Made by a program: the position numbers and the translations under genes. The notes below the pieces were generated by a model. The model saw only the letters and a program-made list of their open reading frames with translations, was not told the origin of the DNA and did not search any database. Positions 20,901-30,728 of a stretch of 54,195 nucleotides of DNA are shown one piece after another (position 1 is the first letter of the stretch; every line of letters starts with the position of its first letter). This DNA is from a virus (lineage: Duplodnaviria; Caudoviricetes), in the IMG/VR virus record IMGVR_UViG_3300020201_000001, positions 1 to 54,195 of that record; one strand, given 5' to 3'.

Positions 20901-23900
20901 AACTTTACACTAAACCACCACCAGCAACAAAGTTTACAGAAGAAGAAATTGGGGAGTACGCAAGTACATTAGAGCCACCAACGGTATATAGTGGCACTGA
21001 CTTAATAACAGTTGCTAATGAAACGGCAGCAAAATTTAATGAGCAAGGTAGTTCAGTCACTCCTGACGAGATATTACCTCAATCATTATTAGAAGCATTA
21101 CAAGTCCAACACAAGATTAAAGAAGACCAAGCTAACACAAGTGGCGTATACCCTGGTTTCTTCAAAGAAAGTAAGGATGGTACAGAAACATTAGCTTTCA
21201 ATGAAGAAGTAGAGAGATGGAACAGCATTCACCCAATCAAGATAACTAATGCACAAGCGTATCACATAGTCCAAAGTATCTTAGGCGAGCAAAAGTTTAC
21301 GCCTGAAATTGGTATACAAGTACTGAAAGAAATGTTGAACGAAAGCAGAACAGAACAAGCAAGCACAGTAAGACAATTGATCGAGGAAGTAGAATCCGAA
21401 GCAATACAAGCAGAAAGAGACTTTATAGAAGGTAAAGGTAAAGATGACAAAAGTGACTTGCGTGCTTATAAAGTATTAGGTTACGAAAAGGCGTCCGAAC
21501 TGTACGCAGAGCATTCAGCTGGTGCTAACCCAACAAAAACTCCAGCACAGGTGACTGCAGATGCATACAAAGCAATTATGGAAGGCATGAACAAGCAACT
21601 GAAAGAGCAGTATGGAGACAAAGAGATACCTACAAAAGAATTAGAAAAAGCAGAGATAATAGCAAAGAAAGAAAGTATCAAGTTATCAAATTCAGGCATG
21701 GTTACAGCATTAGATGGAGAACGTATTCCATTCTCTTTGATGAAAGGTTACCATAGAGCTTTAGATGGTGTCAGAAAACAGATAGGCGGAGGTTTAACTT
21801 ACGACAACAAACGTATCTTAGATGCCGTCCTTGATATATTCGCAGGGCTAAAACCAATAAACAAATATAACGTTGGTGATGGAATACAAACGGGTCGGTA
21901 TTATAGACCAGCTGGTGTAACCGATATGGCAATTGTATTGGACGAAAAAACTCCCGCACAGATACGAGTTATGACCCAAAAACTACATCAAGTTATAATC
22001 AATCATGCAGTAACGTCCGAAGCATTCTATCGTGGTTCTAAACATGACCCAGCTAAGGTAGCTAAAGCCGCACGGGAGTTAATGCCATTTGTTAATTATA
22101 AAGCAGTAGCAGAAGGCAAATCAAACTTTAATGACTTGTTCGTAGCAAAGTTAACTTCTAAACATTATGGCAAAGAATATGGTGATACGGATGCAAGATT
22201 AAAGAAACTGCAGACAGAACATAGTGATGTCTTACAAGAAGTAATAGATAATTTAAGTAGCCTATACGACAACAAAGGGTATAATCCTCATGAAGGCAAA
22301 GATGGACCTTTAACGCCCGATGAAGCTACGGCATTCCAAAATGGTCTTCATGGTATAATGAACTTGACACTTAATCCAGGTGGCAATGATATGATTGCCA
22401 AAAGAATTACAATAGATGAGAATGGTGTTATATTCAGAGACCCTGGTAAAATATCAGCTAAGTATATTAAGTTAGTCATAGACAATAACACGTTTAGGAT
22501 GACTGACGTTGCGAACATAGGTTTATATAATCCATTGTTAATCAAAGATGGTAAAGTTGATGCAGAATATTTAGCAGCAGAGTACCCAGACTTAGCTTTA
22601 TTGCCAGATGGTAACTTAGCGTTTAAATTAATCAACACAGAACAATTCTTGCCTTACTTAAGCCCTGAATTAAAAGATTGGTTGTCAAGTGTTGCAGGCA
22701 AAGACACACAACGTATTGATGGTGGTATTATCGCAATAGGAGAAATGCCAGGTGTAAAATTATTAGCTACAGCAGTAGGAGGAGGAAAAAACAGTGCTTT
22801 CTTTAAAGGAAAAGGTACAGGATTATTTAAAAACGCTATACACAACGTGGCACCGTCCGAAGTTGTCCACCCTGATACGCCTGGGTATAACAGTATTAAA
22901 AGTTTTGCTGAAAAAATAACCAAAGCTGGGATCCAAATTCATGATGGTACTTCATTGAAGAATACTGCAGAACTGTACGAATATCACAGGATGCCATTGC
23001 CTAACATGGAGGGCAATTTAACAGCGTTACTGGACAATAGTGGTACGATTGTATCAATTTTGGATAATAAAGGCTCTAACGTGACGGCAGATGCCAAAGA
23101 GAAGGTTTTGAAAGCATTGGCATACGAGTTAGAAACTACTGGTAAGTTACCAGATCAAATGATAACCAAACAACCGATTACAGGGGAACACGCTTTAACT
23201 CTCATGACAGCTGATAAAGAAGGTAAACATAATGCAGGTGGTGTTGTACATCCTGGCATTATTAATTTAGTGCCTACTGGTCGATTAGGATTTGACGTAA
23301 AACCAGACGTAATCGCAAAATACACACAAGCTATTAGTGATTTAACTGAAAATAATTTCAAGCATTTCTCTAAGCAACTTGATGGTGTAGCATCTATTGA
23401 AAGAATGTTAGTAGAGCTATCACAAGGTGAACACATCACTGGCACGAAAGCTGAATTAGGTGCATTACAGAATACTGTTGAAGGTTTAGAAGCTATGCTT
23501 AACGAAAATCCTGATATTCTATATCGTGGAGTACCAGGTACCAAGTTACTTGCAGAAATAGATGGCTTGTTTAAGACAGATGATTTAGGTAAAAGATTAG
23601 TGCTTGATAAAGACCAAGTAGAAAGTTTCTTGATAGATCGTTTCAAATTGTTCACTGGAAAATCTACAGACATAAGCAGTCCTTCATCGAAGAAAGAAAA
23701 TTGGGTTACTACAGATTCAATATTGTTTGATTTAGCGAAACGCTCTTATGATAGCATACAAAAACTTCATGCAGTTAACGGTAGCAATTCAATGTCGGTT
23801 TCACCTAATTTTGGAGATAGTAGATTTGCTATCGAAAGATTAGTAGGCAAAGGTGGTATGGCTGACGAATTAACCAAAATGTTTATTGATCCAAAGAATG

Positions 23901-26900
23901 GCAATATTATCAATATGGGTATAGCTTTGCCTTTGAAGTTTATTAAAGATAATAACCTTCAACCAGGTCAAAGCATACTTGTTTCAAGAATACCAGCACA
24001 TGACACAGGGAGTACCACTGTAATGACTTTAATAGGTGCAACTGATTCTCACTCTACTATCCATGCTGATTCTGAATACCTAACGGGCAGTGCGGGTATG
24101 GATTTCGATAAAGACAGTTTGCAAATCTTACTTCCAGATCCCCACATATTAACTAAGGATATTTACAAAGCTATGATTGACTACATAGGCGACGTTACCA
24201 AAGATACAAGTAAGTTATATCCTGACATTATGAAAATAGATAGCACTGGTGAGCTTGATAGAATATATAAAGAACTGGGATTGTCTCACTTGTTAAAAGA
24301 CGTTTCACATAGCCCACTTAGTAGAGATGCTTATAACAAAGGAGATAATGGCACAGCTTTAGCAGGTGCAGCGGTGAGTTTGAAAAAATCAATTGCATTA
24401 ATAGCAGCCGCTTATGCAGCTACTGGTGAAGTAAAAGGTGATTATAGATACGTAACAGCGAAACGGGGAGACATAAAGTTAGTGCTTAAATTCCCACTGA
24501 AACCAGATATGATGACGGCTATTGCTAATGCGGCAGCACAATTAGGGTACGACAATTTCGCAGGTCATCACATAAAAGAAGAAGCTAACATTTTAATGCC
24601 ATATTTACACTCAATTACGTTTGGAGAAGGCAAGACACATACAGGCAAAGATTTAGGCGATGAAATGGTTATGAGGAAAATTGGCTCAACTGTACGTGAA
24701 TTAGCACACAATGTTAAGATGGAAAATGCACAAGGTGTAGATGAACCCACCCATCAATTTGGTACACAAGGGAATAATGCGGCACGTGCTTTAGTCGAGC
24801 ATAATATGATTCAGTATGGCAAAAGGTTAAAGCAGTTAGACGAGACATTAAAGTTTTTGAATATGGACAGGCAAATCCAAACTATAATAAACTCAAACAG
24901 TATAGCAATAGGTAAAAAATTACAGCTATTTAACCTTATGTGGCATAAAAATGCAGATTCACCTGAATTACTGGGAACGTTAAACTATCTAAGAGATGCT
25001 ATTAGCACACAGTTCAATAGCTTGGGAAGAAAAGGAGAATGGAAGACGGGTGGTGTGACAAAGTCTGTCTCTTCATTACTGTATTATAATGACGCATTTA
25101 AACATCTTCCAGCAGCGATGATGGTATCGGGAGCACGACAGTTAGCAAATGGCACAGAGATTAGATTTGGTGAAAACATTGCCATTATTACAAGTGCAAA
25201 AGAAGTCAAACTGAATGGTGAAACTGTACCATTTGAACAATTCTTAGTAAAGTATGGGAAAGAAGGAACACGTAAAGATGCAGAAGCATTGCACATACTA
25301 TATTATGACCAAAACATAAATGGTAAAGGCAAAGGTGGGATAACATATAACCGTATGCAAACAACCATAGATGGATTAATTGCAGTAGTGGGACGTAAAG
25401 TAAAGAACATAGACGATTACGCCAATTTAGGCGATTTAAGAGTAGGAGACGACCCAAATGATGTAACACTTAATACAATCAAAGAAATCGCCACCAGGGT
25501 CTTCTTTGGTAGCGATACCCCTCTTATAGATAATAAACAGAACTTTAGTTTACACAATGAAAACGGTTCTGGAGCTGAAGCGTCCCGACGTGCTTTAGAA
25601 CGGGCAGGTATCGTACCTAAAGTTCATGGCGTTTCTGTTGCGGATATGGCACGTGATGAATTCAAAAAGACGTTAGCTACCAAAGAGCAACCAAATGATG
25701 TACATGGTGCTTTCGCATTTGGTAGAGCTTCAGATCAAGGTTCCAATATTTTCGATAACCCAAAGACAACTTACGATGAATTACGTAAAGCATTAGTTAA
25801 CCATCCAGAGATAGCTAATAAACCTGTCACTAAATGGACGGCAGAAGATTTTAGAATAGCTAAACCTATCATAATGGCTCATGCAGCAAACAAAGTACGT
25901 GCTTTAAAAGGTACTATTATGCCAAGTTTATGGAAACAATTCTTTGCATTGGCAAGTCCTAAAGGTAGTGAGATTGGCAAACCATGGGATAGTGATCCTG
26001 AACATAAACATACCCAACATGTTATTGATGAAATAGGTGAATTATTAGATTACGATTATTTGCGGAATATTGAATCACAGGAAACTTTAAAGAATGGCAA
26101 AGCATTAGCTCAATTGCAAACTTTACAGATGTTACCGCATGCAGTGCAAAAGCTTAACGATATGATGAAAGCTCAAGGCTATAACGAAGTTAATAATTAC
26201 ACAGGTACACTAGACCTTAATAGCCAATTAACATACTCAAGCTACAACCAAACTTTTTCTGACCTTGACCAAGACATAGGCTTCACGAAAACGTACGGAC
26301 CAAATGGCTTTACGGAATCCAGGGTACGTGCATTCTCGATGAATTTAAATAGACGTTTAGGAATAAACCTTGACAAAGTACATACAACAGTGCAATACAA
26401 ACAGTTTCTACATGACGCTAAAAATATGTCGTTGATCAAAGATCAAATCAATATGTTCTTAGGTAACTACAACAATGCAGACAAAGGATATGACGTTAAC
26501 CAAACTTTACCAGTATTGTCAAAAATACTCAAATCACCAACGCTTAAGGCTATGTTCGATGCCGTTATCACACCTGACTATTCAGTTAGCACAACGAATA
26601 TATTAGCACAAGGTAAATTAGGGGGTGTTCATATTGACTATAATTTACCTGACGCAGTGCAAGCTAGAAAAGAAAACGTATTAAAGGGTTTGTCGAAGGA
26701 GATATTCAATGCCTTCAAGAAACAGCAAGTTAACCTTGTAGATGGCTTTGATATGGAAGAGACACAAGCAGCAATGAACTTAGGTGAGATAACGCTTGCT
26801 GACATTAAAGACGCATTGTCTATGTACACAGACCAAGTATTGCTTAATAATACATTGAGTGTTGGTCTGGACGTAATTAGTGACAGCATAACTAACCTTA

Positions 26901-29900
26901 TAAATAAAAACAGTCAGTACGCAGATGTAGCTTCGTATACCGTCATACAAGAACAATTAAAAGCTACTATAGAAAGTTTGCGTAATCCATCGGATATGGC
27001 TAAATGGCACACCACACAAGCAGTTAGCACTGACATGTTAAACAACACTCAAACATTGATTGCAGAGATAGGTGCATCAAGCTCGGCTGAAATTTACGAA
27101 GCACTTGTTAAGACAGGCAAAATACCATTCAAACCAGATCACGAATTCGAAGACGAAATGGGTGCCAAAGATGACGCACTCAAAGGTTTGCAACAATTTC
27201 TATCAGGTAGCAAAACTAACTTCAAAGTAAACAAAAGATTTAATGATGGCTTAGTGCCAGATAAAGAGCGAATGGAGTTCTCTAAAGAAGATGTAAAGAA
27301 TTTGATGGAAGCATTGCCACTTGACCGAATAAAAACAGTATCAACAGAAACACAAAGCATGATGGACGCAGAAACAGAGATGGACGCTTTAAGGGCAGAA
27401 GAAGAAGCACGTTATGCAGAATCTATGGGGATTGCAGTTGAGGCGAAAACACCACAACCAACAGAAGCACTCAAACCAGCAAGGACATACATAGATACAA
27501 CAGCAGAAGTGATGTACGATGCTAAGTCATACAAAGAAAATCTGATTAACCATTTACAAAAAACATTGCTTAATGTGAACACTGTATCTAAGAACATTTT
27601 CAATGATAACTATAATGAATCTGAATTTGCACGTGCTATTACCAATACGTTATTTAGTGAATATGCTGGGAAGGAATTCACTGATGACTACGTAATCAAA
27701 AGCACTAAGACTCCAGATGGTTTAACAAGGATGTTCGACGATCCTGACAAAGAAATACCAAAAGGACAATACGTAGAATTCCTGCATGCGGACAACAATG
27801 GTATCGACAGTCAACATGCACGTTATCTTGGTATTGTCAAACGTAATGTAGCTATCAAAGATATTGAAGGTAATGTAACCAACGTACCTAAAAATTTAAT
27901 TGTTTTACTTGTTGACAATGGTAGCCGTGCTAGTATAAGTCTTGTTGAGGAGAAAGATATTAAGACGATGACTGCACAAATGAAAGTCAGCAGATCTGGA
28001 CAAAAGCAAGAGAAAGTTATCAAAGAATTCTTTGATAAAAACAGCAACCAATTGATGGAAGATATTAGAACTTACGTGGACACAGCCGCATGGGAGGAAG
28101 GATCAAAGGGCAGGTACAAAGAAGTAAACTTAGGTCACTCGGCACAACCAACTACTTTGTTCTCACAAGGAACACCTTTGATTAATATGTCACGTACTTC
28201 TAAAGATGCTGAAAAAACTTTACTAACTACTTTGAATAAATACTCAACCACCATAGCTTATTCCTTATTTGGGCGAGGCACACAGACTGCAACGGTAGGC
28301 TTAGCTTTAATTGGAGTGAGTGCATTGACTTCACTAACTCCAGCGTTAGGCATAGGAATGATTGCGGCAGGTGCAGCACAAATAGGTAAAAGAGGGTTTA
28401 AACTATTCGTTGATGGGCAAGTAGGAAGTACAGGAGCAGCGATACAGCATGACGTATTCGCAAAAGATTTTATTACCCAAGCAACTAATATGTTCAATCA
28501 CTTATGGTCACCTAAAACACTTAATGAAACGACTGCAATACGAGCAGTAACCCAAGTAGCTATCGCAGCCGCAATAGAAGAAGCAGGTGTAGAAAAAGAC
28601 ATAAGCAAAGTAGATTCGTTTTATCTTGCACAACAAGCACGTGAAGAAATCAAAGCATACAACCGCATAGAGAATTTTATCGGTGATGGTTTAGGATCGA
28701 AAGTTAACGACGAAGGAATAGCTAAACTAAAAGAAGAATACGCTTTGAAAGGAATGGACGTAAATTTCACTAAGATAGGTAAAGATGGTTATGCTTTAAA
28801 AATCAATGATCATAGCTATCAAGACATGCAAAAAGCTAACAAAACATATTTAGACTTAATGTTGAATGCATTACACGCAACTGGTTTCCAAGCTAAGTTA
28901 GAAGCAACCAGTACTGAAAAAGCAATGGCAATAGCGACGCAAGTTAATAGAGCACGACAAACAAAGTTTAAAGAGATATTTGGAACAGATGTATCTTATT
29001 CTGAAGCAGAAGTATTAAACTACATTGATTACTCAACCAAAACAGCATTAGGTTCATTTGTTAAGTCAGCTAAGCAAGCGACACCATTTGGACGTTTCAT
29101 CACCCAATTCCAACGTTACCAAAGAGAAGCGGCAGTAGATCAGTATAACTTGTTTAAATACCGTAACGAGCTTTATACAGCTGTAGAAGATGACATTTTG
29201 TATTGGAGTGCGAAAGCAGGGGCAGGAGATAGGAAATCACAACAACTCCTGGACATATTAGAACAAGTAGGTTTGGTATCCGCAACTGACATGACTGGTT
29301 CAATGAGTAAGCTAAAGAACAGAGCTTATGCATTAAATACAGCCGCTGGTTTATTATCAGGTGGTGGTAAATATTTAGGTGTAATGGCATTAAACCAATT
29401 TAACCAAATACTCAATGGTGATGATGACGACGAAGAAAAAGGGACAGGTCAGTTAATTGGAAGTGCGATAGGCAAAGAATGGCTAACAGAGAGAGACCAA
29501 GATATGCGACCATATTCTGGTATCTATCAAGGTGGTGCAACTGGTTTGACAATGGCAACTGTACTCGCAGGTGTGTATGGAATGTTCAAGACTGCCGTTG
29601 ATGTAAAGACTGATGAGGACATAGATTTACGTAGACATACTAAAAACCTTAAATTAGTAGAAGGTCTTACAGCACCACTTAAGTACGGATTAGGCATGAC
29701 AGCTATCACAGCACTGAATACTAGTCTTGTTGCTTTTTATGCAAGCATACTAAACCACGTAGATAAAGGTAAAGGATTTACTGAAAAAGAGAGAACTAAT
29801 CCAAATTATTATCTTAACTTTGTAATGAACAAAATAGCACAAGCATCACAAATGTTCCCGTTCGCAGCTTTAGCCACAACTTATGTGAATGAACAACTTA

Positions 29901-30025
29901 AAGTCAATAAGACAATAAAAAACAATGATAGTTTTTTCAAGAAAGCAACAACAGGCAACCCACTGCCGATGAATGAAAAGGAAGGTAGTGAAGGTAGTGA
30001 AGGAGAAATCGAGGTAATTCGATAA
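17996..30025 (+). CDS. Giant 4009-aa virion protein; putative single-chain two-barrel (DPBB) RNA polymerase with a zincin-like domain
   Basis: VSRIP (R1998) followed by GMDFDKD (D2036-D2040, nt 24101-24115). Upstream IDGG (D1575), FKNA and TSLK motifs. EELTH (847-851) plus EEFVA (901). Confidence 0.75.
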   Translation: MSKNIVDLTPPISGRALVETIPIVPTRREMSNAKDEAMREQAFSKKLLFDDKSAEAVVTGKTMLNQPNINRDIPKTDNTRTKAIPQPKSKTKDIPGATKFDYVGQSKKDAEAKEMDIGYGDDKLDEARKIANTPMANQENGEIFYDIPKIQSARLALQGKIDELTASSGLTDSGKSQMFTQGAKDNGIIGKAMLPFVPIADTFENLQQNYLHPKREGAAPLTPDDPKYAQRKTEYQLEEYSKIMNNLTTQYNYAKTFPNGKVDFSPQRRVDEGVSSAAKSVVMGYVGDFANHFTDGGATKLMEKVFSTDVATGRALLQQELEKAKRLGGNKPDEIIPELGMTYNQFVTGWESVLTNTGLGIVNLVSSLAPGGSFSTAGAVANDVISIASKVVKSGANVVKEKLALRTATALATDKVVFDGIAKDIALKAVDPQWVQKTELFSPTIKNMIAKAPTDAARLEVVEFALKDQTYKVFKQVFAEAKLVGRALEQANMLKSAVGRVNGLGSLDQLSNILADIVSGTTATQSEVLGKIAVDSIRMYLTGLLNTGDAGSAENLATLGAYSSFFGTTMKKLSMTYLAKSDALRQAIAHGDSKLTNDLIAQYQKTSQLFAIIANDFGGGGAQTVDELRKLVGSEDIWKEIVKTAMPNFILAHGSFTSANRYMKERGQDVQNKKWGLEFNNVVAKGAPNVSDGFGGTAASIAAGKDIRGTVESTVNKAYHATAPGKQKVSMEKFIKDSANLSGISKNTGEMKVGELLNLLERWKKEGLLSKDFKVFDEANHVKILSGIPADTKVVFTQENKSNTESKAEYDATTNTINFHNFDFTGTAQNPIRPEEVFSTIAGLMSEELTHAATVHKIKANPEKIDALRQKYLDKFNAMYPPEVGLPADAGAIQYALSNNEEFVANLFNNLQSPHFFKFIKEADKAQNGTVKAFLDNVLDKFGLDGADQTLRKNISKIILDVLPEDSKELYTKPPPATKFTEEEIGEYASTLEPPTVYSGTDLITVANETAAKFNEQGSSVTPDEILPQSLLEALQVQHKIKEDQANTSGVYPGFFKESKDGTETLAFNEEVERWNSIHPIKITNAQAYHIVQSILGEQKFTPEIGIQVLKEMLNESRTEQASTVRQLIEEVESEAIQAERDFIEGKGKDDKSDLRAYKVLGYEKASELYAEHSAGANPTKTPAQVTADAYKAIMEGMNKQLKEQYGDKEIPTKELEKAEIIAKKESIKLSNSGMVTALDGERIPFSLMKGYHRALDGVRKQIGGGLTYDNKRILDAVLDIFAGLKPINKYNVGDGIQTGRYYRPAGVTDMAIVLDEKTPAQIRVMTQKLHQVIINHAVTSEAFYRGSKHDPAKVAKAARELMPFVNYKAVAEGKSNFNDLFVAKLTSKHYGKEYGDTDARLKKLQTEHSDVLQEVIDNLSSLYDNKGYNPHEGKDGPLTPDEATAFQNGLHGIMNLTLNPGGNDMIAKRITIDENGVIFRDPGKISAKYIKLVIDNNTFRMTDVANIGLYNPLLIKDGKVDAEYLAAEYPDLALLPDGNLAFKLINTEQFLPYLSPELKDWLSSVAGKDTQRIDGGIIAIGEMPGVKLLATAVGGGKNSAFFKGKGTGLFKNAIHNVAPSEVVHPDTPGYNSIKSFAEKITKAGIQIHDGTSLKNTAELYEYHRMPLPNMEGNLTALLDNSGTIVSILDNKGSNVTADAKEKVLKALAYELETTGKLPDQMITKQPITGEHALTLMTADKEGKHNAGGVVHPGIINLVPTGRLGFDVKPDVIAKYTQAISDLTENNFKHFSKQLDGVASIERMLVELSQGEHITGTKAELGALQNTVEGLEAMLNENPDILYRGVPGTKLLAEIDGLFKTDDLGKRLVLDKDQVESFLIDRFKLFTGKSTDISSPSSKKENWVTTDSILFDLAKRSYDSIQKLHAVNGSNSMSVSPNFGDSRFAIERLVGKGGMADELTKMFIDPKNGNIINMGIALPLKFIKDNNLQPGQSILVSRIPAHDTGSTTVMTLIGATDSHSTIHADSEYLTGSAGMDFDKDSLQILLPDPHILTKDIYKAMIDYIGDVTKDTSKLYPDIMKIDSTGELDRIYKELGLSHLLKDVSHSPLSRDAYNKGDNGTALAGAAVSLKKSIALIAAAYAATGEVKGDYRYVTAKRGDIKLVLKFPLKPDMMTAIANAAAQLGYDNFAGHHIKEEANILMPYLHSITFGEGKTHTGKDLGDEMVMRKIGSTVRELAHNVKMENAQGVDEPTHQFGTQGNNAARALVEHNMIQYGKRLKQLDETLKFLNMDRQIQTIINSNSIAIGKKLQLFNLMWHKNADSPELLGTLNYLRDAISTQFNSLGRKGEWKTGGVTKSVSSLLYYNDAFKHLPAAMMVSGARQLANGTEIRFGENIAIITSAKEVKLNGETVPFEQFLVKYGKEGTRKDAEALHILYYDQNINGKGKGGITYNRMQTTIDGLIAVVGRKVKNIDDYANLGDLRVGDDPNDVTLNTIKEIATRVFFGSDTPLIDNKQNFSLHNENGSGAEASRRALERAGIVPKVHGVSVADMARDEFKKTLATKEQPNDVHGAFAFGRASDQGSNIFDNPKTTYDELRKALVNHPEIANKPVTKWTAEDFRIAKPIIMAHAANKVRALKGTIMPSLWKQFFALASPKGSEIGKPWDSDPEHKHTQHVIDEIGELLDYDYLRNIESQETLKNGKALAQLQTLQMLPHAVQKLNDMMKAQGYNEVNNYTGTLDLNSQLTYSSYNQTFSDLDQDIGFTKTYGPNGFTESRVRAFSMNLNRRLGINLDKVHTTVQYKQFLHDAKNMSLIKDQINMFLGNYNNADKGYDVNQTLPVLSKILKSPTLKAMFDAVITPDYSVSTTNILAQGKLGGVHIDYNLPDAVQARKENVLKGLSKEIFNAFKKQQVNLVDGFDMEETQAAMNLGEITLADIKDALSMYTDQVLLNNTLSVGLDVISDSITNLINKNSQYADVASYTVIQEQLKATIESLRNPSDMAKWHTTQAVSTDMLNNTQTLIAEIGASSSAEIYEALVKTGKIPFKPDHEFEDEMGAKDDALKGLQQFLSGSKTNFKVNKRFNDGLVPDKERMEFSKEDVKNLMEALPLDRIKTVSTETQSMMDAETEMDALRAEEEARYAESMGIAVEAKTPQPTEALKPARTYIDTTAEVMYDAKSYKENLINHLQKTLLNVNTVSKNIFNDNYNESEFARAITNTLFSEYAGKEFTDDYVIKSTKTPDGLTRMFDDPDKEIPKGQYVEFLHADNNGIDSQHARYLGIVKRNVAIKDIEGNVTNVPKNLIVLLVDNGSRASISLVEEKDIKTMTAQMKVSRSGQKQEKVIKEFFDKNSNQLMEDIRTYVDTAAWEEGSKGRYKEVNLGHSAQPTTLFSQGTPLINMSRTSKDAEKTLLTTLNKYSTTIAYSLFGRGTQTATVGLALIGVSALTSLTPALGIGMIAAGAAQIGKRGFKLFVDGQVGSTGAAIQHDVFAKDFITQATNMFNHLWSPKTLNETTAIRAVTQVAIAAAIEEAGVEKDISKVDSFYLAQQAREEIKAYNRIENFIGDGLGSKVNDEGIAKLKEEYALKGMDVNFTKIGKDGYALKINDHSYQDMQKANKTYLDLMLNALHATGFQAKLEATSTEKAMAIATQVNRARQTKFKEIFGTDVSYSEAEVLNYIDYSTKTALGSFVKSAKQATPFGRFITQFQRYQREAAVDQYNLFKYRNELYTAVEDDILYWSAKAGAGDRKSQQLLDILEQVGLVSATDMTGSMSKLKNRAYALNTAAGLLSGGGKYLGVMALNQFNQILNGDDDDEEKGTGQLIGSAIGKEWLTERDQDMRPYSGIYQGGATGLTMATVLAGVYGMFKTAVDVKTDEDIDLRRHTKNLKLVEGLTAPLKYGLGMTAITALNTSLVAFYASILNHVDKGKGFTEKERTNPNYYLNFVMNKIAQASQMFPFAALATTYVNEQLKVNKTIKNNDSFFKKATTGNPLPMNEKEGSEGSEGEIEVIR

Positions 30026-30070
30026 GAAGGACTTTTAATTTCAATTATATTTTTTAACAATAGGAGTACT

Positions 30071-30427
30071 ATGTACATATTCAAACAATTCAAAGTGAAA
30101 ATGGGTGAGAACCAACGACAAGGTTTAATCACAGGCAACATATACAAAGTTTATGGAGCTAACCCTAACAGAGAACAATTCTTAGTCATAGATGAAGCTG
30201 GACACTTTGTTTTCGTAGATTTCCATAACACTACATTCGCAGGAGACGACATTGAAGTTACCATCGAAACCAACAATTGTTGCAAGTCAGTTGCTGGATC
30301 AGGAGAAGATACAGGACTTATTGAAACAGGCACGACAGAGGGAAGCCCAGAGATTGGACCAGATGAAGCAATCGCACCTAAGGCAACTGGCAGATTTGGC
30401 AGACCTATACAACCAAAAGGAAAGTGA
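30071..30427 (+). CDS. Hypothetical protein
   Basis: AGGAG RBS; small beta-rich N-terminus and disordered tail. Confidence 0.6.
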   Translation: MYIFKQFKVKMGENQRQGLITGNIYKVYGANPNREQFLVIDEAGHFVFVDFHNTTFAGDDIEVTIETNNCCKSVAGSGEDTGLIETGTTEGSPEIGPDEAIAPKATGRFGRPIQPKGK

Positions 30428-30440
30428 AATAGGATTGACA

Positions 30441-30728
30441 ATGTGGGAGCTGATATGGTTTATCCTTAAGCAACCTATTACAATCATTAAATTAGTAGTC
30501 AAAATACTCACAATCATAAATTCATTAAAGGATAGAACAATGAAAGATTTCAAAACAACAGCTCTAAGCATACTACAAGCATTGGTATTATTAGGCTCAT
30601 TGTTTGGCGTACAGGTAGCACCTGAATTACAAACAACAATCATTACGTTAGCAACGTCTGCTTATGCAGTACTTGGTGCAATAAAAGGTTTCTTCACCAA
30701 AGATAGCATACCACCAACGGCAGCGTAA
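30441..30728 (+). CDS. Putative holin (second in-frame start at 30540)
   Basis: Two hydrophobic helices after MKDFKTT and a charged end; AGGA precedes both ATGs; lies before the terminase. Confidence 0.6.
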   Translation: MWELIWFILKQPITIIKLVVKILTIINSLKDRTMKDFKTTALSILQALVLLGSLFGVQVAPELQTTIITLATSAYAVLGAIKGFFTKDSIPPTAA

